Origin: a bacterium
Lineage (GTDB): Bacteria; UBA10199; 2-02-FULL-44-16; JAAZCA01
Length of the DNA: 64,000 nucleotides
Direction of reading: 5' to 3'
Assembly: GCA_963674695.2 (NCBI GenBank)
Contig: CAXXGI010000002.1
Location: forward strand, 96,001-160,000
Numbering within the stretch: position 1 is the first letter of the stretch; each line of letters begins with the position of its first letter. Both the position numbers and the translations under genes were made by a program. Below the pieces are notes generated by a model. The model was not told the DNA's origin. It saw only the letters and a program-made list of their open reading frames with translations, and searched no databases. Shown in pieces: positions 30,690 to 40,139 of the stretch.

Positions 30690-32073
30690 GGGGAAAATCC
30701 TTATTATAGATGACGAGAAGGATGTACGCAGATTATTGGAGAAGATACTGCAAGGGGCAGGTTATTCAGTCAGTTCCGTATCCACAGGTAATGATGCCAT
30801 AACGAGCATCAGATCTGATCTTCCTCATGTGGTCATACTCGATCTGATGCTTCCCGATATCGATGGGCTAAATGTCCTGAAGAAGATAAAGGAGATGGAG
30901 CATTCGATTCAGGTTATTATCCTTACGGGGCATGAGAGTGTAAAGAGCGCTGTAGAGGCCATGAAGTTGGGCGCCTTTCACTATATGCCCAAACCCTTCG
31001 ATAATGATGAACTCATTATCATAACAGATAAGGCGATTGAGGCTGTCCACCTCGAACAGGAAGTCGATGATCTAAGACGCGAGATAGGAACAAAGTTCTC
31101 GTATAAAAATATAATAGGTGGATCGAAGGAGATACAAAAGGTAATAAAGTTGGTTAAGGCGGTTTCCAACAGCGATGTTACAGTTTTGATTACGGGAGAC
31201 AGCGGAACGGGTAAGGAACTACTCGCCCGAACGATTCATAATAACAGCAACAGAAATCATCATCGGTTTACGCCCATCGATTGTGCCTCTTTGCCCGACA
31301 CACTTATCGAATCCGAACTCTTCGGTCACGAGAAAGGTGCCTTTACCGGCGCTGTGAAGGCAAAGGCCGGAAAGTTTGAATTGACCGAAGGCGGTACAAT
31401 TTTTCTTGATGAGATCGGCAACATCAGCATGGGCACACAGGCAAAATTACTTCGTGTTTTGGAAGAAAGACAGGTCGAGAGAATTGGGAGCGAGAAGCCC
31501 GTTGATGTCGATGTCCGCGTAATCGTAGCAACCAATGCCGATCTCGAAGCAATGATGAAGAAGAAGACATTCCGAAGGGACATCTATCATCGTGTCAATG
31601 AATTCCCCATACACATACCTTCGCTCAAGGAACGACAGGAGGATATTCCGCTTTTTATAGATCACTTCATCAAGGAATTTAATAAAGAACTGAATATCAA
31701 GGTCAAGGGTATTTCCATGGGGACAAGGGCTCTGTTGGAATCATATGATTGGCCCGGAAATATCAGGGAAATCAAAAATGTGATTAAACGCGCAATGTTG
31801 CTTGCTGAAGACGGCGTTATTACGGCCAGACGCCTGCCCGAAGAAATTCGAAAATTGAATAACAAAATTCACTTGGAAGAAGAGGAGATTTGTTTGGATC
31901 AACTTGTGGATATGCCTCTCAGGGCCGCTACACAAATCGCCTTGCGCCAGATAGAGACAGCACTGATTAAAAAAGTGCTGAAGGATGTCGGTGGAAAAAA
32001 GTCAGAGGCCGCAAAGCGGTTGGGTGTTGACGAAAAGACCTTATACAATAAGAGGAGAGAGTATAAGATCTGA
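30682..32073 (+). CDS. Sigma-54-dependent response regulator (NtrC/AtoC family)
   Basis: REC domain, GDSGTGKE, GAFTGA, WPGNIRE, Fis-type HTH. Confidence 0.95.
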   Translation: MDKGKILIIDDEKDVRRLLEKILQGAGYSVSSVSTGNDAITSIRSDLPHVVILDLMLPDIDGLNVLKKIKEMEHSIQVIILTGHESVKSAVEAMKLGAFHYMPKPFDNDELIIITDKAIEAVHLEQEVDDLRREIGTKFSYKNIIGGSKEIQKVIKLVKAVSNSDVTVLITGDSGTGKELLARTIHNNSNRNHHRFTPIDCASLPDTLIESELFGHEKGAFTGAVKAKAGKFELTEGGTIFLDEIGNISMGTQAKLLRVLEERQVERIGSEKPVDVDVRVIVATNADLEAMMKKKTFRRDIYHRVNEFPIHIPSLKERQEDIPLFIDHFIKEFNKELNIKVKGISMGTRALLESYDWPGNIREIKNVIKRAMLLAEDGVITARRLPEEIRKLNNKIHLEEEEICLDQLVDMPLRAATQIALRQIETALIKKVLKDVGGKKSEAAKRLGVDEKTLYNKRREYKI

Positions 32074-32087
32074 ATAGTGAGGCAAAA

Positions 32088-33050
32088 ATGGTTTTGGATG
32101 GCAATAGACTTCTTAAGAGGACGCTTCATGACGTAACTTCGGTAAAGCTCGATGATCTTCGTGATGTTCCAAAGAGATCATCTGACCAGAGTTTGTCAAA
32201 AATCTCCGCACTTACTTCCCCTGCCAAGGCGCAAGTTTACTGCATTGCAAGTGGAAAAGGCGGAACGGGTAAATCGGTAGTTACTACAAATCTCGCAGTA
32301 TTGATGGCAATAAAGGGTCGCAGGGTTCTGTTGTTCGATGCCGATCTAGGGCTTGCCAATGCGCATCTTCTCTTGGGTCTCTCCCCTATCCACGATATAT
32401 CCCAGATGCTTTCCGGTGAAAAAAAGGTTGAGGAGATAATCATTCCCGGCCCTCATGGAATGCAACTTATCCCCGGTGGTTCCGGATTTAGTGAGCTTGC
32501 TGAACTTAAAGACTGGCGCTTTCGGTATCTTGCCAGACAGTTTGGAAACCATGAGGAAAAATTCGACATCATTTTTGTTGATCTCTCTGCCGGCATAAGT
32601 CCGCAGGTGATACGATTTCTGACGGCATCTCATGAAATCATCTTGGTCACTAACCCAGATATAACCGCCTTGATCGACGCCTACGCCACTATCAAATCCA
32701 TTGCCATGATGCGTCAAGCAGTCAAAATAAAAATTGTAATGAACAGGGTCAGAAAAGATGCAGAGTTGCAGGCCGCATATAGCAAATTAACGGGAATCGT
32801 GAATAAAAACTTTAAAGGAGTGGAACTGTCGCTCTTTGGCTGGCTGCCTCATAATTTCTATATTCAAAACTCTGTATCAAAGCGCGTCCCGGCGGCTTTG
32901 CTTCACCCTAAGAGCTTTGTCACCAAACAACTTAATGAAATGGCCGGTGTGATTGTAGGTGAAAACGAAGATTGGAAGCGGCGTCAGGCCGGATCATCAA
33001 AACCCGACGCCTCTTTCTTCGCCTTGTTGGAACAGATGGTGTTTGAATGA
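32088..33050 (+). CDS. MinD/FlhG(FleN)-like ATPase
   Basis: SGKGGTGKS, DADLGLAN, DAYATIK. Confidence 0.88.
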   Translation: MVLDGNRLLKRTLHDVTSVKLDDLRDVPKRSSDQSLSKISALTSPAKAQVYCIASGKGGTGKSVVTTNLAVLMAIKGRRVLLFDADLGLANAHLLLGLSPIHDISQMLSGEKKVEEIIIPGPHGMQLIPGGSGFSELAELKDWRFRYLARQFGNHEEKFDIIFVDLSAGISPQVIRFLTASHEIILVTNPDITALIDAYATIKSIAMMRQAVKIKIVMNRVRKDAELQAAYSKLTGIVNKNFKGVELSLFGWLPHNFYIQNSVSKRVPAALLHPKSFVTKQLNEMAGVIVGENEDWKRRQAGSSKPDASFFALLEQMVFE

Positions 33051-33802
33051 AACTCGTATATGCACAAGAGATGACTCACGAGCAGGACTTAAATCTCAAG
33101 GTCTGTGTATCCAAGTACAAAATAGAGCTCACTAAAGAGGATGTCGTTTCAATTTTAAATAACCAGATTGCCTTAGTGGAATCGGGAATCCATGTGTTGG
33201 ACAGGAGATTCCCTGTCCCCGGCTCCGGCCGGGTGGATACGGTTGCCGTTGACAAGAGAAACAGGTTGTTGCTGATCGATCTCGGTTCAGTATTGGACGT
33301 TAAAGGACTTTCAAACCTCTTTCTTCAGGCCGACTGGATGGCAGAGAATTTGGATGTGTTGCGACATATCTATCCCGATAGAATACTGGATAATAGCATC
33401 CGGCTTTGGTACTTGGTCGGAAAGATTCTGCCGGAGGCAGAGTCCCTATTAAAACGATTCGATAGCAGTATCCCGCTGGAATTATTTACATATGATTGCG
33501 TAGGATTCGCAAGTGAACGGTGGCTGGTGATACAGCCACATTCGGTTGAACATCTATCTGTAAAACCGGAAAAGGAATTGGCGGATGGCCAGCCGCTTAC
33601 CTTGATGAGCGAACTGCAAAAAGTCAAGGATCCTAAACGGGAAGATATAAATCATGGCCTAAAGAATCCCATTCTTACTCAAGATGAGATCGACTATTTT
33701 CTATCTGAAGACGGACATTTGCAGACAGGCGCAAAGACAGATATAGAGGCAGTTGCTGATAATGAGGATGAAATTACCTATGTCGGCCCAGATTTAAAGT
33801 GA
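33047..33802 (+). CDS. Hypothetical protein (possible degenerate PD-(D/E)XK/NucS-like fold)
   Basis: GRVDTVAVDKRNRLLLIDL resembles the NucS C-terminal core but lacks ExK. Confidence 0.5.
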   Translation: MKLVYAQEMTHEQDLNLKVCVSKYKIELTKEDVVSILNNQIALVESGIHVLDRRFPVPGSGRVDTVAVDKRNRLLLIDLGSVLDVKGLSNLFLQADWMAENLDVLRHIYPDRILDNSIRLWYLVGKILPEAESLLKRFDSSIPLELFTYDCVGFASERWLVIQPHSVEHLSVKPEKELADGQPLTLMSELQKVKDPKREDINHGLKNPILTQDEIDYFLSEDGHLQTGAKTDIEAVADNEDEITYVGPDLK

Positions 33803-33968
33803 TCGACTTGGATATTTTAGATGTTGACAGTTCTACCTCTGTTGAAATAGAAGATTTGTCAAGAGTAAAAATCGAAAATGGAACCCAGGTGCTTCGGTGC
33901 CTCACGCACCAACCCCTCCTGAATGATTACCCAAGCACCCCGGTCCCTTGATCATTAGGAGGGGGAGT

Positions 33969-34727
33969 ATGTATACCATATCTATAGCCAATCAAAAGGG
34001 CGGATCGGGAAAGACAACCACAGCGGTAAATCTGGCAGCTGGGCTGGAGGGCAAGGGACGTAAGGTCTTAATGGTCGACCTCGATCCTCAAGGTCAATCT
34101 TCAACTTGGTGGAGGGCTGAAGAACAGGAAGTCAAGGGTTCGGTTTTTGATACGATACTTGAGACCCGGACAGCAACTGCACCTATTGCAACATTGGGAC
34201 TCAAGATAACAGACAATCTCACCTTACTCCAGTCGGAATCTATATCGGTAGACGATGAGGCACGGCTGGCACAGCAACCCAAGAGATTTTCGAGATTAAA
34301 TGAATCGTTAAGCAAGGTGAAGAACGACTACGATTTTGCCATAATCGATTGCCCTCCTACCCTTGGAGTGCTTACCCAAAATGCCCTGCTTGCATCTGAC
34401 GCGGTCATTCTGACAATAAAAACAAGTTTTTTGGCCCTTCATGGTGTGGGAAGGATGCTTGGGCTTATCAAGGAAATCCAGAAGAAGCATCCTCTCAAGA
34501 TCCTTGCCTTAGCCACGATGTTTGATTGCCGAACGAATTTCGCGCATGAGGTCCTTGAAAATATCGGCGAATATTTCGAAGATATGATGTTAAAAACCGT
34601 TATTCGCAATAATGTTCGTCTCGAAGAGGCGGCGAGCTCGGGTGAACCGATTATCAAATATGACCCTCGTTCCTATGGTGCCGAGGATTACACTGCGTTG
34701 ACGACTGAATTATTAAAAAGAATTTAG
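33969..34727 (+). CDS. ParA/Soj family ATPase (orphan)
   Basis: ANQKGGSGKTTT, DLDPQ, IDCPP, NVRLEEA; no adjacent parB. Confidence 0.92.
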   Translation: MYTISIANQKGGSGKTTTAVNLAAGLEGKGRKVLMVDLDPQGQSSTWWRAEEQEVKGSVFDTILETRTATAPIATLGLKITDNLTLLQSESISVDDEARLAQQPKRFSRLNESLSKVKNDYDFAIIDCPPTLGVLTQNALLASDAVILTIKTSFLALHGVGRMLGLIKEIQKKHPLKILALATMFDCRTNFAHEVLENIGEYFEDMMLKTVIRNNVRLEEAASSGEPIIKYDPRSYGAEDYTALTTELLKRI

Positions 34728-34742
34728 TTTTTTCTCCTCACA

Positions 34743-34758
34743 TGGCATGGACTTTGCT
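34743..34758 (+). promoter_or_regulatory. Sigma-54 promoter
   Basis: TGGCATGGACTTTGCT fits TGGCAYG-N4-TTGC. Confidence 0.75.
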
Positions 34759-34800
34759 GTTGATGTGTGTAGGGTTCAAGCCAGTGAGGAGGTTAGAGAA

Positions 34801-34974
34801 ATGATCTGCGGCATAATAAATTCGAAGCACATCATACTTCATCCGATAATATTGATCTCAACATTTGGAATCGTTGGATATTTTCATCTTCTTTCAAAAT
34901 GTGTGGACCCTGCCAAGCACTATTTTTTAAATCTCTGCTTTGATTTAGAACGAGAAAAACCGAACCAAAAATAA
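34801..34974 (+). CDS. Small (57 aa) hypothetical protein
   Basis: GAGGAGG RBS before ATG 34801, just downstream of the sigma-54 site. Confidence 0.6.
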   Translation: MICGIINSKHIILHPIILISTFGIVGYFHLLSKCVDPAKHYFLNLCFDLEREKPNQK

Positions 34975-35354
34975 GCCTTTCAAATTCTTATGTTAATGCC
35001 ATAATATTTTATGATGTTGTCCGGAAACGTCGATGGTGTTTAGATCACCGGCGTCGGCAATATATTCCCGATTCAATGTTGGTTTGAAAATTATTTTGCG
35101 AATATTGAAACTCCTCAAACGCCCACTGTGCGCAAATTTAATCGCGTATGATAAATTATTTTTATGGGCAATAACGAGAATAGTGAAATCGGGAAAGACT
35201 TCCCTGCTATATGGCAACCAGTTTCCGATTTTTCTCCACCCACAACCATTGTGTCGTATATTATATAGCGCCTTTTAAATGCGCCCGTCGTTAATGTCTT
35301 GATTTATCGGCATCTTCGGTCAGTCATCAAGATATCCTATTTAAATTTAATAAC

Positions 35355-35371
35355 TTGGCATGATTTATGCT
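35355..35371 (+). promoter_or_regulatory. Sigma-54 promoter of gvpA operon
   Basis: TTGGCATGATTTATGCT with GG-N10-GC spacing. Confidence 0.65.
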
Positions 35372-35415
35372 GTAGCATGTTCCATGATGATAATTAATAG
35401 ACCAATAGTGAATCG

Positions 35416-35460
35416 AAGGGATTCCATTTTACTCGTAAAGACGGAATCCCTTTTTATTTT
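35416..35460 (+). terminator. Terminator-like hairpin in gvpA leader
   Basis: AAGGGATTCC..GGAATCCCTT followed by TTTATTTT. Confidence 0.55.
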
Positions 35461-35563
35461 GTGCGAGGGCCTTAAGCGATTCTACAAAATGCCATTGTCC
35501 CCGGAATTGCTTAAGGTCCGAAATTTTAATGCAGCAACAACAAATTGAAAGGAGGTGATTGAG

Positions 35564-35773
35564 ATGCCAGTCGAAAAAACCATAGCCAGTTCAAGTTTGG
35601 CAGAGGTTATCGATCGTATCCTTGACAAGGGTATAGTGATCGATGCCTGGGCACGCCTATCCTTGGTAGGAATTGAATTCCTAGCCCTGGAAGCTCGTGC
35701 GGTGGTCTCCGGTGTGGAGACATACCTGAAGTACGCTGAAGCCATTGGCTTAACGGCGACAGCAGCGCATTAA
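35564..35773 (+). CDS. gvpA: Gas vesicle structural protein GvpA (copy 1)
   Basis: [32 protein letters not shown]. Confidence 0.97.
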   Translation: MPVEKTIASSSLAEVIDRILDKGIVIDAWARLSLVGIEFLALEARAVVSGVETYLKYAEAIGLTATAAH

Positions 35774-35884
35774 GAATGCGTGAGGAGTGGTTAAATGGAT
35801 CTTTGAATTTGGGAAAAAGAATGTTGGCCGCATGGGTGCCATGGGGGCACTTGTGGTGGAACCAACAAGAAGGAGGGTAAAGAT

Positions 35885-36091
35885 ATGCCAGTTGAAAAAA
35901 CCATAGCTAGTTCGAGTTTGGCGGAAGTTATCGATCGCATCCTTGATAAGGGTATTGTGATCGATGCGTGGGCAAGGCTCTCGTTGGTCGGAATTGAATT
36001 TCTGGCCCTTGAAGCGCGTGCGGTTGTTTCCGGTGTTGAGACCTATCTGAAATATGCAGAAGCGATAGGCCTAACCGCCACTGCTGCATAG
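35885..36091 (+). CDS. gvpA: Gas vesicle structural protein GvpA (copy 2)
   Basis: Same signature as copy 1. Confidence 0.97.
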   Translation: MPVEKTIASSSLAEVIDRILDKGIVIDAWARLSLVGIEFLALEARAVVSGVETYLKYAEAIGLTATAA

Positions 36092-36167
36092 GTACCACTA
36101 ATTGGTCTTTTTGTTGGGTATCATGGTGATACCTAAAATGGAAGGCCAGTAAACATGGAGGGTTAAG

Positions 36168-36383
36168 ATGCCAGTCGAGAAAACCATAGCCAGTTCAAGT
36201 TTGGCAGAGGTTATCGATCGTATCCTTGACAAGGGTATAGTGATCGATGCCTGGGCACGGCTCTCTCTGGTCGGAATTGAATTTCTGGCCCTTGAGGCGC
36301 GTGTGGTGGTCTCCGGTGTGGAGACATATTTAAAGTATGCAGAGGCAATAGGGCTTACTGCTACTTCGGCAACGCCTGCGTAG
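36168..36383 (+). CDS. gvpA: Gas vesicle structural protein GvpA (copy 3)
   Basis: Same signature as copy 1. Confidence 0.97.
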   Translation: MPVEKTIASSSLAEVIDRILDKGIVIDAWARLSLVGIEFLALEARVVVSGVETYLKYAEAIGLTATSATPA

Positions 36384-36518
36384 TTTGACAACTTAATGGT
36401 GTGTTTTGCGATCTGTATGGGCATTTGTCGGGATATCCTTTTTGCAGATTAAGGATGTTGGCAGAGAGCGTATTCCGCCAAATAAACCGGCCCCATGTTA
36501 TGTTGAGGAGAAATAGTT

Positions 36519-37076
36519 ATGGCTGCTACGAATACAATGGTTGATCAGATGAGACAGGTGACAGAGGATCTTGTAGATACCTATTGTACGCGTATAGCAG
36601 CTGTATCTGAATTGATCACCGAGGCGTACGAAATAATGGCCGAGCATAGAAGTGTACAGGAGAGGCTTAAAATAGAACTCAAAGAGATGCTGGCCGTTAA
36701 AAATTCGCTGCGCCGGAAGGACTTTGATCTCCTGATCAAAGGGGCCTTGGAGCCCCAATATGTGAGAGAGCAGGAGGTTAAAGGGAGACTTCATAAGTTT
36801 CTTTCTTCTCAGAGGGAAGTGGCCGCTCAGTTAAAGACCGCCTTACATGAGGGTAATCTGGAAGAGGTCCGTAGATTAAAACGGGAAATAGAGACTGAAA
36901 TCAGAGAGATCAAGGAACTGGTCAAGGTCTTTCATTATCTCGAGACCTCGATTATCCAGAGGTTTAATGCCCTGCTTAAGAAAGGACCGCAAATCACCAT
37001 TGGTGAATTCAAAGAGGCGATGATTGAAATTCGTGAAAACTTTCGAAGGGAGGTGATTACAAATGGGATTTGCTGA
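36519..37076 (+). CDS. Alpha-helical gas vesicle-associated protein
   Basis: Coiled-coil-like ORF between gvpA and gvpN. Confidence 0.6.
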   Translation: MAATNTMVDQMRQVTEDLVDTYCTRIAAVSELITEAYEIMAEHRSVQERLKIELKEMLAVKNSLRRKDFDLLIKGALEPQYVREQEVKGRLHKFLSSQREVAAQLKTALHEGNLEEVRRLKREIETEIREIKELVKVFHYLETSIIQRFNALLKKGPQITIGEFKEAMIEIRENFRREVITNGIC

Positions 37077-37650
37077 AGACATGACCAATTTGGGAGAACA
37101 TCTGGTATCGTCTTTTGATAACAGAGTAAAAGACGTTAAGAAATTCTTTGCTGCCTCTCATAACATGAGGAGGGAGGCTCAGAGTTTTCTGAATCAGACC
37201 CGTTCGGAGCAAAAAAACATGTTTCATAACCTCCACCATGATCTAAATAAATTTACCAAAAACCTTGCCAATGAGACACATGAAATGTTGAATTCATGTA
37301 GTCGCCAGAGGCGGGAACAGGCCAAAAAAGATCATAAAAGGAGGCGAGAATTTTGTTCTGATATAACGGATCAGGTCGGAAATCTGAGTAACAAAACCCA
37401 CCAGTTCATGAAGAAATGTGAGCAGCAGAGAGAGAAGTTACACGATGAATTCGAACGCGGCCACAAGAACTTTCAGCGTGCCATGAAGGAGAAAAACCGA
37501 CACATGAATGCTGTGCATTTTCAGGAATACAAGGAACCAGCGGAGCCGCATAAGGTAAAAAAGGCCAAAGCAGAAAGGGCCTCTCCTGTTGAGAAAATGC
37601 CAAAGCAACGTGGGCGACCGTCGAAAAAAAGAAGACGTGTAACCAAGTAA
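37063..37650 (+). CDS. GvpC-like helical protein with basic tail
   Basis: Repeated helical pattern (AQSFLN/THEMLN/THQFMK); occupies the gvpC position. Confidence 0.5.
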   Translation: MGFAEDMTNLGEHLVSSFDNRVKDVKKFFAASHNMRREAQSFLNQTRSEQKNMFHNLHHDLNKFTKNLANETHEMLNSCSRQRREQAKKDHKRRREFCSDITDQVGNLSNKTHQFMKKCEQQREKLHDEFERGHKNFQRAMKEKNRHMNAVHFQEYKEPAEPHKVKKAKAERASPVEKMPKQRGRPSKKRRRVTK

Positions 37651-37728
37651 TATTCAAACACTGTGGGGTGCCCGGTCAATTGGATCGGGTACCTTACGGT
37701 TGTTTTTGACAGTAATGAAGAAGGGTTT

Positions 37729-38082
37729 ATGCCCAGTATTAAAGGCGAAATTCGGTTTCCTTCCCATAGGAAGTATGTAGCACAGATAAATTGCGCGTTC
37801 TGTAAGGGAATAGGAAGAGATCCTTTTGAAACAGTATCCATCTGTCCGGTGTGTCATGGGATGAAGGAGCATTATATTCTCAAACCCTTTTCAACATGCG
37901 CCTATTGTAAGGGAACTGGTATTGAGTTTGGTACACAGAATACATGTCTTTCTTGCCACGGGAGGGGAAAGGTTTCCAATCATAAAGGGAAGCAGAGGAT
38001 TTGTGATGTATGTCGTGGCTCGGGAATGGAGCAGGAGACAAAGTTAACGTGCCATAATTGTCATGGCAGTGGAGTTTTATAA
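37729..38082 (+). CDS. Stand-alone DnaJ-type zinc-finger protein
   Basis: Six CxxCxG(xG) repeats. Confidence 0.8.
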   Translation: MPSIKGEIRFPSHRKYVAQINCAFCKGIGRDPFETVSICPVCHGMKEHYILKPFSTCAYCKGTGIEFGTQNTCLSCHGRGKVSNHKGKQRICDVCRGSGMEQETKLTCHNCHGSGVL

Positions 38083-38139
38083 GTTTATGTTGCCGAGAGT
38101 GTCTGAGTTTTTCTCTGCATTCTCCGCAAGGAGGGTTAT

Positions 38140-39114
38140 ATGGAAAGGGATACAGAATCAATCACCATTATAGAACCTAGGGCAAGCCGCGATTTTGTGG
38201 AAACCCCCTTTGTAAAGGACATTATTAAGAGGTCTATGAATTATATAAAAGCCGGGTTTCCAATTCACTTGAGGGGCATCTCGGGGACGGGCAAGACCAC
38301 GATGGCGCTTCGAATTGCCGAGTTATTGGGTAAACCGCTGGTAATAATTCATGGCGATGAAGAGATGACCACTTCGAATCTGGTCGGGGGAGAAACGGGT
38401 TATCACCTAAGGAGGGTGAGAGATAATTTTATTCATTCCGTCCTCAAGGTGGAGGAGGATGCATCAAAGGAGTGGGTGGATAATCGTCTAACGCTGGCCG
38501 TTGAGAATGGTTATACACTGATTTACGATGAATTTACACGTTCGCGGCCCGAGGCCAACAACGTTTTACTTTCGATCCTTCAGGAAGGAATACTGGATAT
38601 TCCGGGCAAGAGGAACGGGGATTCTTATGTCAAGGTTCATCCGGATTTTTCTGCTATCTTCACATCTAATCCCGAAGAATATGCAGGTGTACATCGCTCA
38701 CAAGATGCACTGCGGGATCGGATGATCACACTTGACCTACAATCTTTCGATGAGAATACCGAAATCGCCATAGCGGCAAAAAAGTCAAGAATGCATCCAA
38801 AGGAAATAGCCAAAATAGTAAAGATAGTGAGGGACCTGAGGGCTTCAGGTCAATATGAGTTTTCTCCCACAGTAAGGGCATGCATTATGATTGCCAAGTC
38901 TATTGCAGTGAATCCGGGCAATGTTCAGGTCGCCTCTCATGACAGCGTCTTTAAGAATATATGCCTTGATATTTTAACTTCTGAAACCTCTCGAATTGGG
39001 AGTTCCTCCACGAGTGCCCGTGTTAAAAATATTGTGTGCGAAGCCATTGATAAACATTGCAGGAATGGCACCGGAAAACCTAGGAGAAAGGTATTGAAGG
39101 GGGTGAGCGAATGA
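38140..39114 (+). CDS. gvpN: Gas vesicle AAA+ ATPase GvpN
   Basis: GISGTGKT, WVDNRLTLA, YDEFTRSRPEANN, TSNPEEYAGVH..QDALRDR. Confidence 0.96.
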   Translation: MERDTESITIIEPRASRDFVETPFVKDIIKRSMNYIKAGFPIHLRGISGTGKTTMALRIAELLGKPLVIIHGDEEMTTSNLVGGETGYHLRRVRDNFIHSVLKVEEDASKEWVDNRLTLAVENGYTLIYDEFTRSRPEANNVLLSILQEGILDIPGKRNGDSYVKVHPDFSAIFTSNPEEYAGVHRSQDALRDRMITLDLQSFDENTEIAIAAKKSRMHPKEIAKIVKIVRDLRASGQYEFSPTVRACIMIAKSIAVNPGNVQVASHDSVFKNICLDILTSETSRIGSSSTSARVKNIVCEAIDKHCRNGTGKPRRKVLKGVSE

Positions 39115-39443
39115 AGACTATGATTGATGTCAAACATGTAGGAAGCGTGAAATCCATACGTCACGTTATGACCAAGTCCAAGGGGGGATCGGTAAACCTG
39201 CCTTATCTGAATCTGTATGTCCATCAGATGAATAGATATAAGCTGGATAAGGAAAAACGTGCATTAATTAACCGCCTTGCAGAGATTGAAAAACAACTGA
39301 ATGATATCGATAGCAAATGCATGTCTTTGGGGCCGGAGATCATGACTACTCTAGGTGAAAAACCGAAGAGGCGCAAACGGGGGAAAGACCCCGACGGAAA
39401 TGGCAGGAGACGTGTGGTAAAGAAGTTAAAGGTTAGTTATTGA
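39111..39443 (+). CDS. Gas vesicle cluster hypothetical protein (gvpV position)
   Basis: Coupled to gvpN; YLNLY..EK..L coiled coil. Confidence 0.6.
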   Translation: MKTMIDVKHVGSVKSIRHVMTKSKGGSVNLPYLNLYVHQMNRYKLDKEKRALINRLAEIEKQLNDIDSKCMSLGPEIMTTLGEKPKRRKRGKDPDGNGRRRVVKKLKVSY

Positions 39444-39445
39444 TT

Positions 39446-39525
39446 CGTATCTCGTGAAGCGTGAAGCGTATCTCGAAATCAGAAATCTATTATTGTGAGA
39501 TACGAGATACGTTTCACGAGATACG
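39446..39525. repeat. Gene-less inverted heptamer hairpin element
   Basis: CGTATCT CGTGAAG CGTGAAG CGTATCT .. AGATACG AGATACG TTTCACG AGATACG. Confidence 0.9.
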
Positions 39526-39539
39526 AAAAGGAGGCTCGA

Positions 39540-40085
39540 ATGTTCAAAAAGAAAAAGAAGGATGAAGAACCCTTTGAACTCGATTTTGGAGTCGGCAAAA
39601 TTAACCTAGGAGGGTTACTCAAAGGATTTGGTAAATTAGTTGATTTCGCCGACGAGTTGGAAAAGGCCGGCGGTGAGATGAAGAAAGAGGGCGAATTCAA
39701 GGTCAAGGGGGCAAAGGACCTTAAAGGGGTTTACGGATTTTCCATCCGGACCGGCATAGGAAAAGATGGTACGGAAAGACCCATCGTAGAGCCCTTTGGA
39801 AATATTAAAAAGACGTCCAAGGGTGCGGTGGTGGAAGATACTAGGGAACCCATCGTAGATGTTTTCGATGAGAATGGGAAGTTGCAGATCGTCGCGGAAA
39901 TGCCCGGGGTTTCCGAACAGGAAGTAGAATATACCATTAACGGCGATGTGCTCATTTTAAACAGTATCGGGGAGAAGAAATACAGCAAAGAGATATTGCT
40001 CCCCTATCCGGTTTCGGAAAAAGATGCAGAGAAGAATTATAAAAACGGGATCTTTGAATTAAAACTTAAGAAGAGAGAGCAGTAG
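39540..40085 (+). CDS. Hsp20/alpha-crystallin (GvpH-like) protein
   Basis: GVYGFSIRTG, REPIVDVF, VAEMPGV, YKNGIFE. Confidence 0.85.
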   Translation: MFKKKKKDEEPFELDFGVGKINLGGLLKGFGKLVDFADELEKAGGEMKKEGEFKVKGAKDLKGVYGFSIRTGIGKDGTERPIVEPFGNIKKTSKGAVVEDTREPIVDVFDENGKLQIVAEMPGVSEQEVEYTINGDVLILNSIGEKKYSKEILLPYPVSEKDAEKNYKNGIFELKLKKREQ

Positions 40086-40139
40086 CCCTGCCAGCTTTTC
40101 TAAACCCTTTCCTGTAGGGAAGGCTTTGAGGAACGCTTT

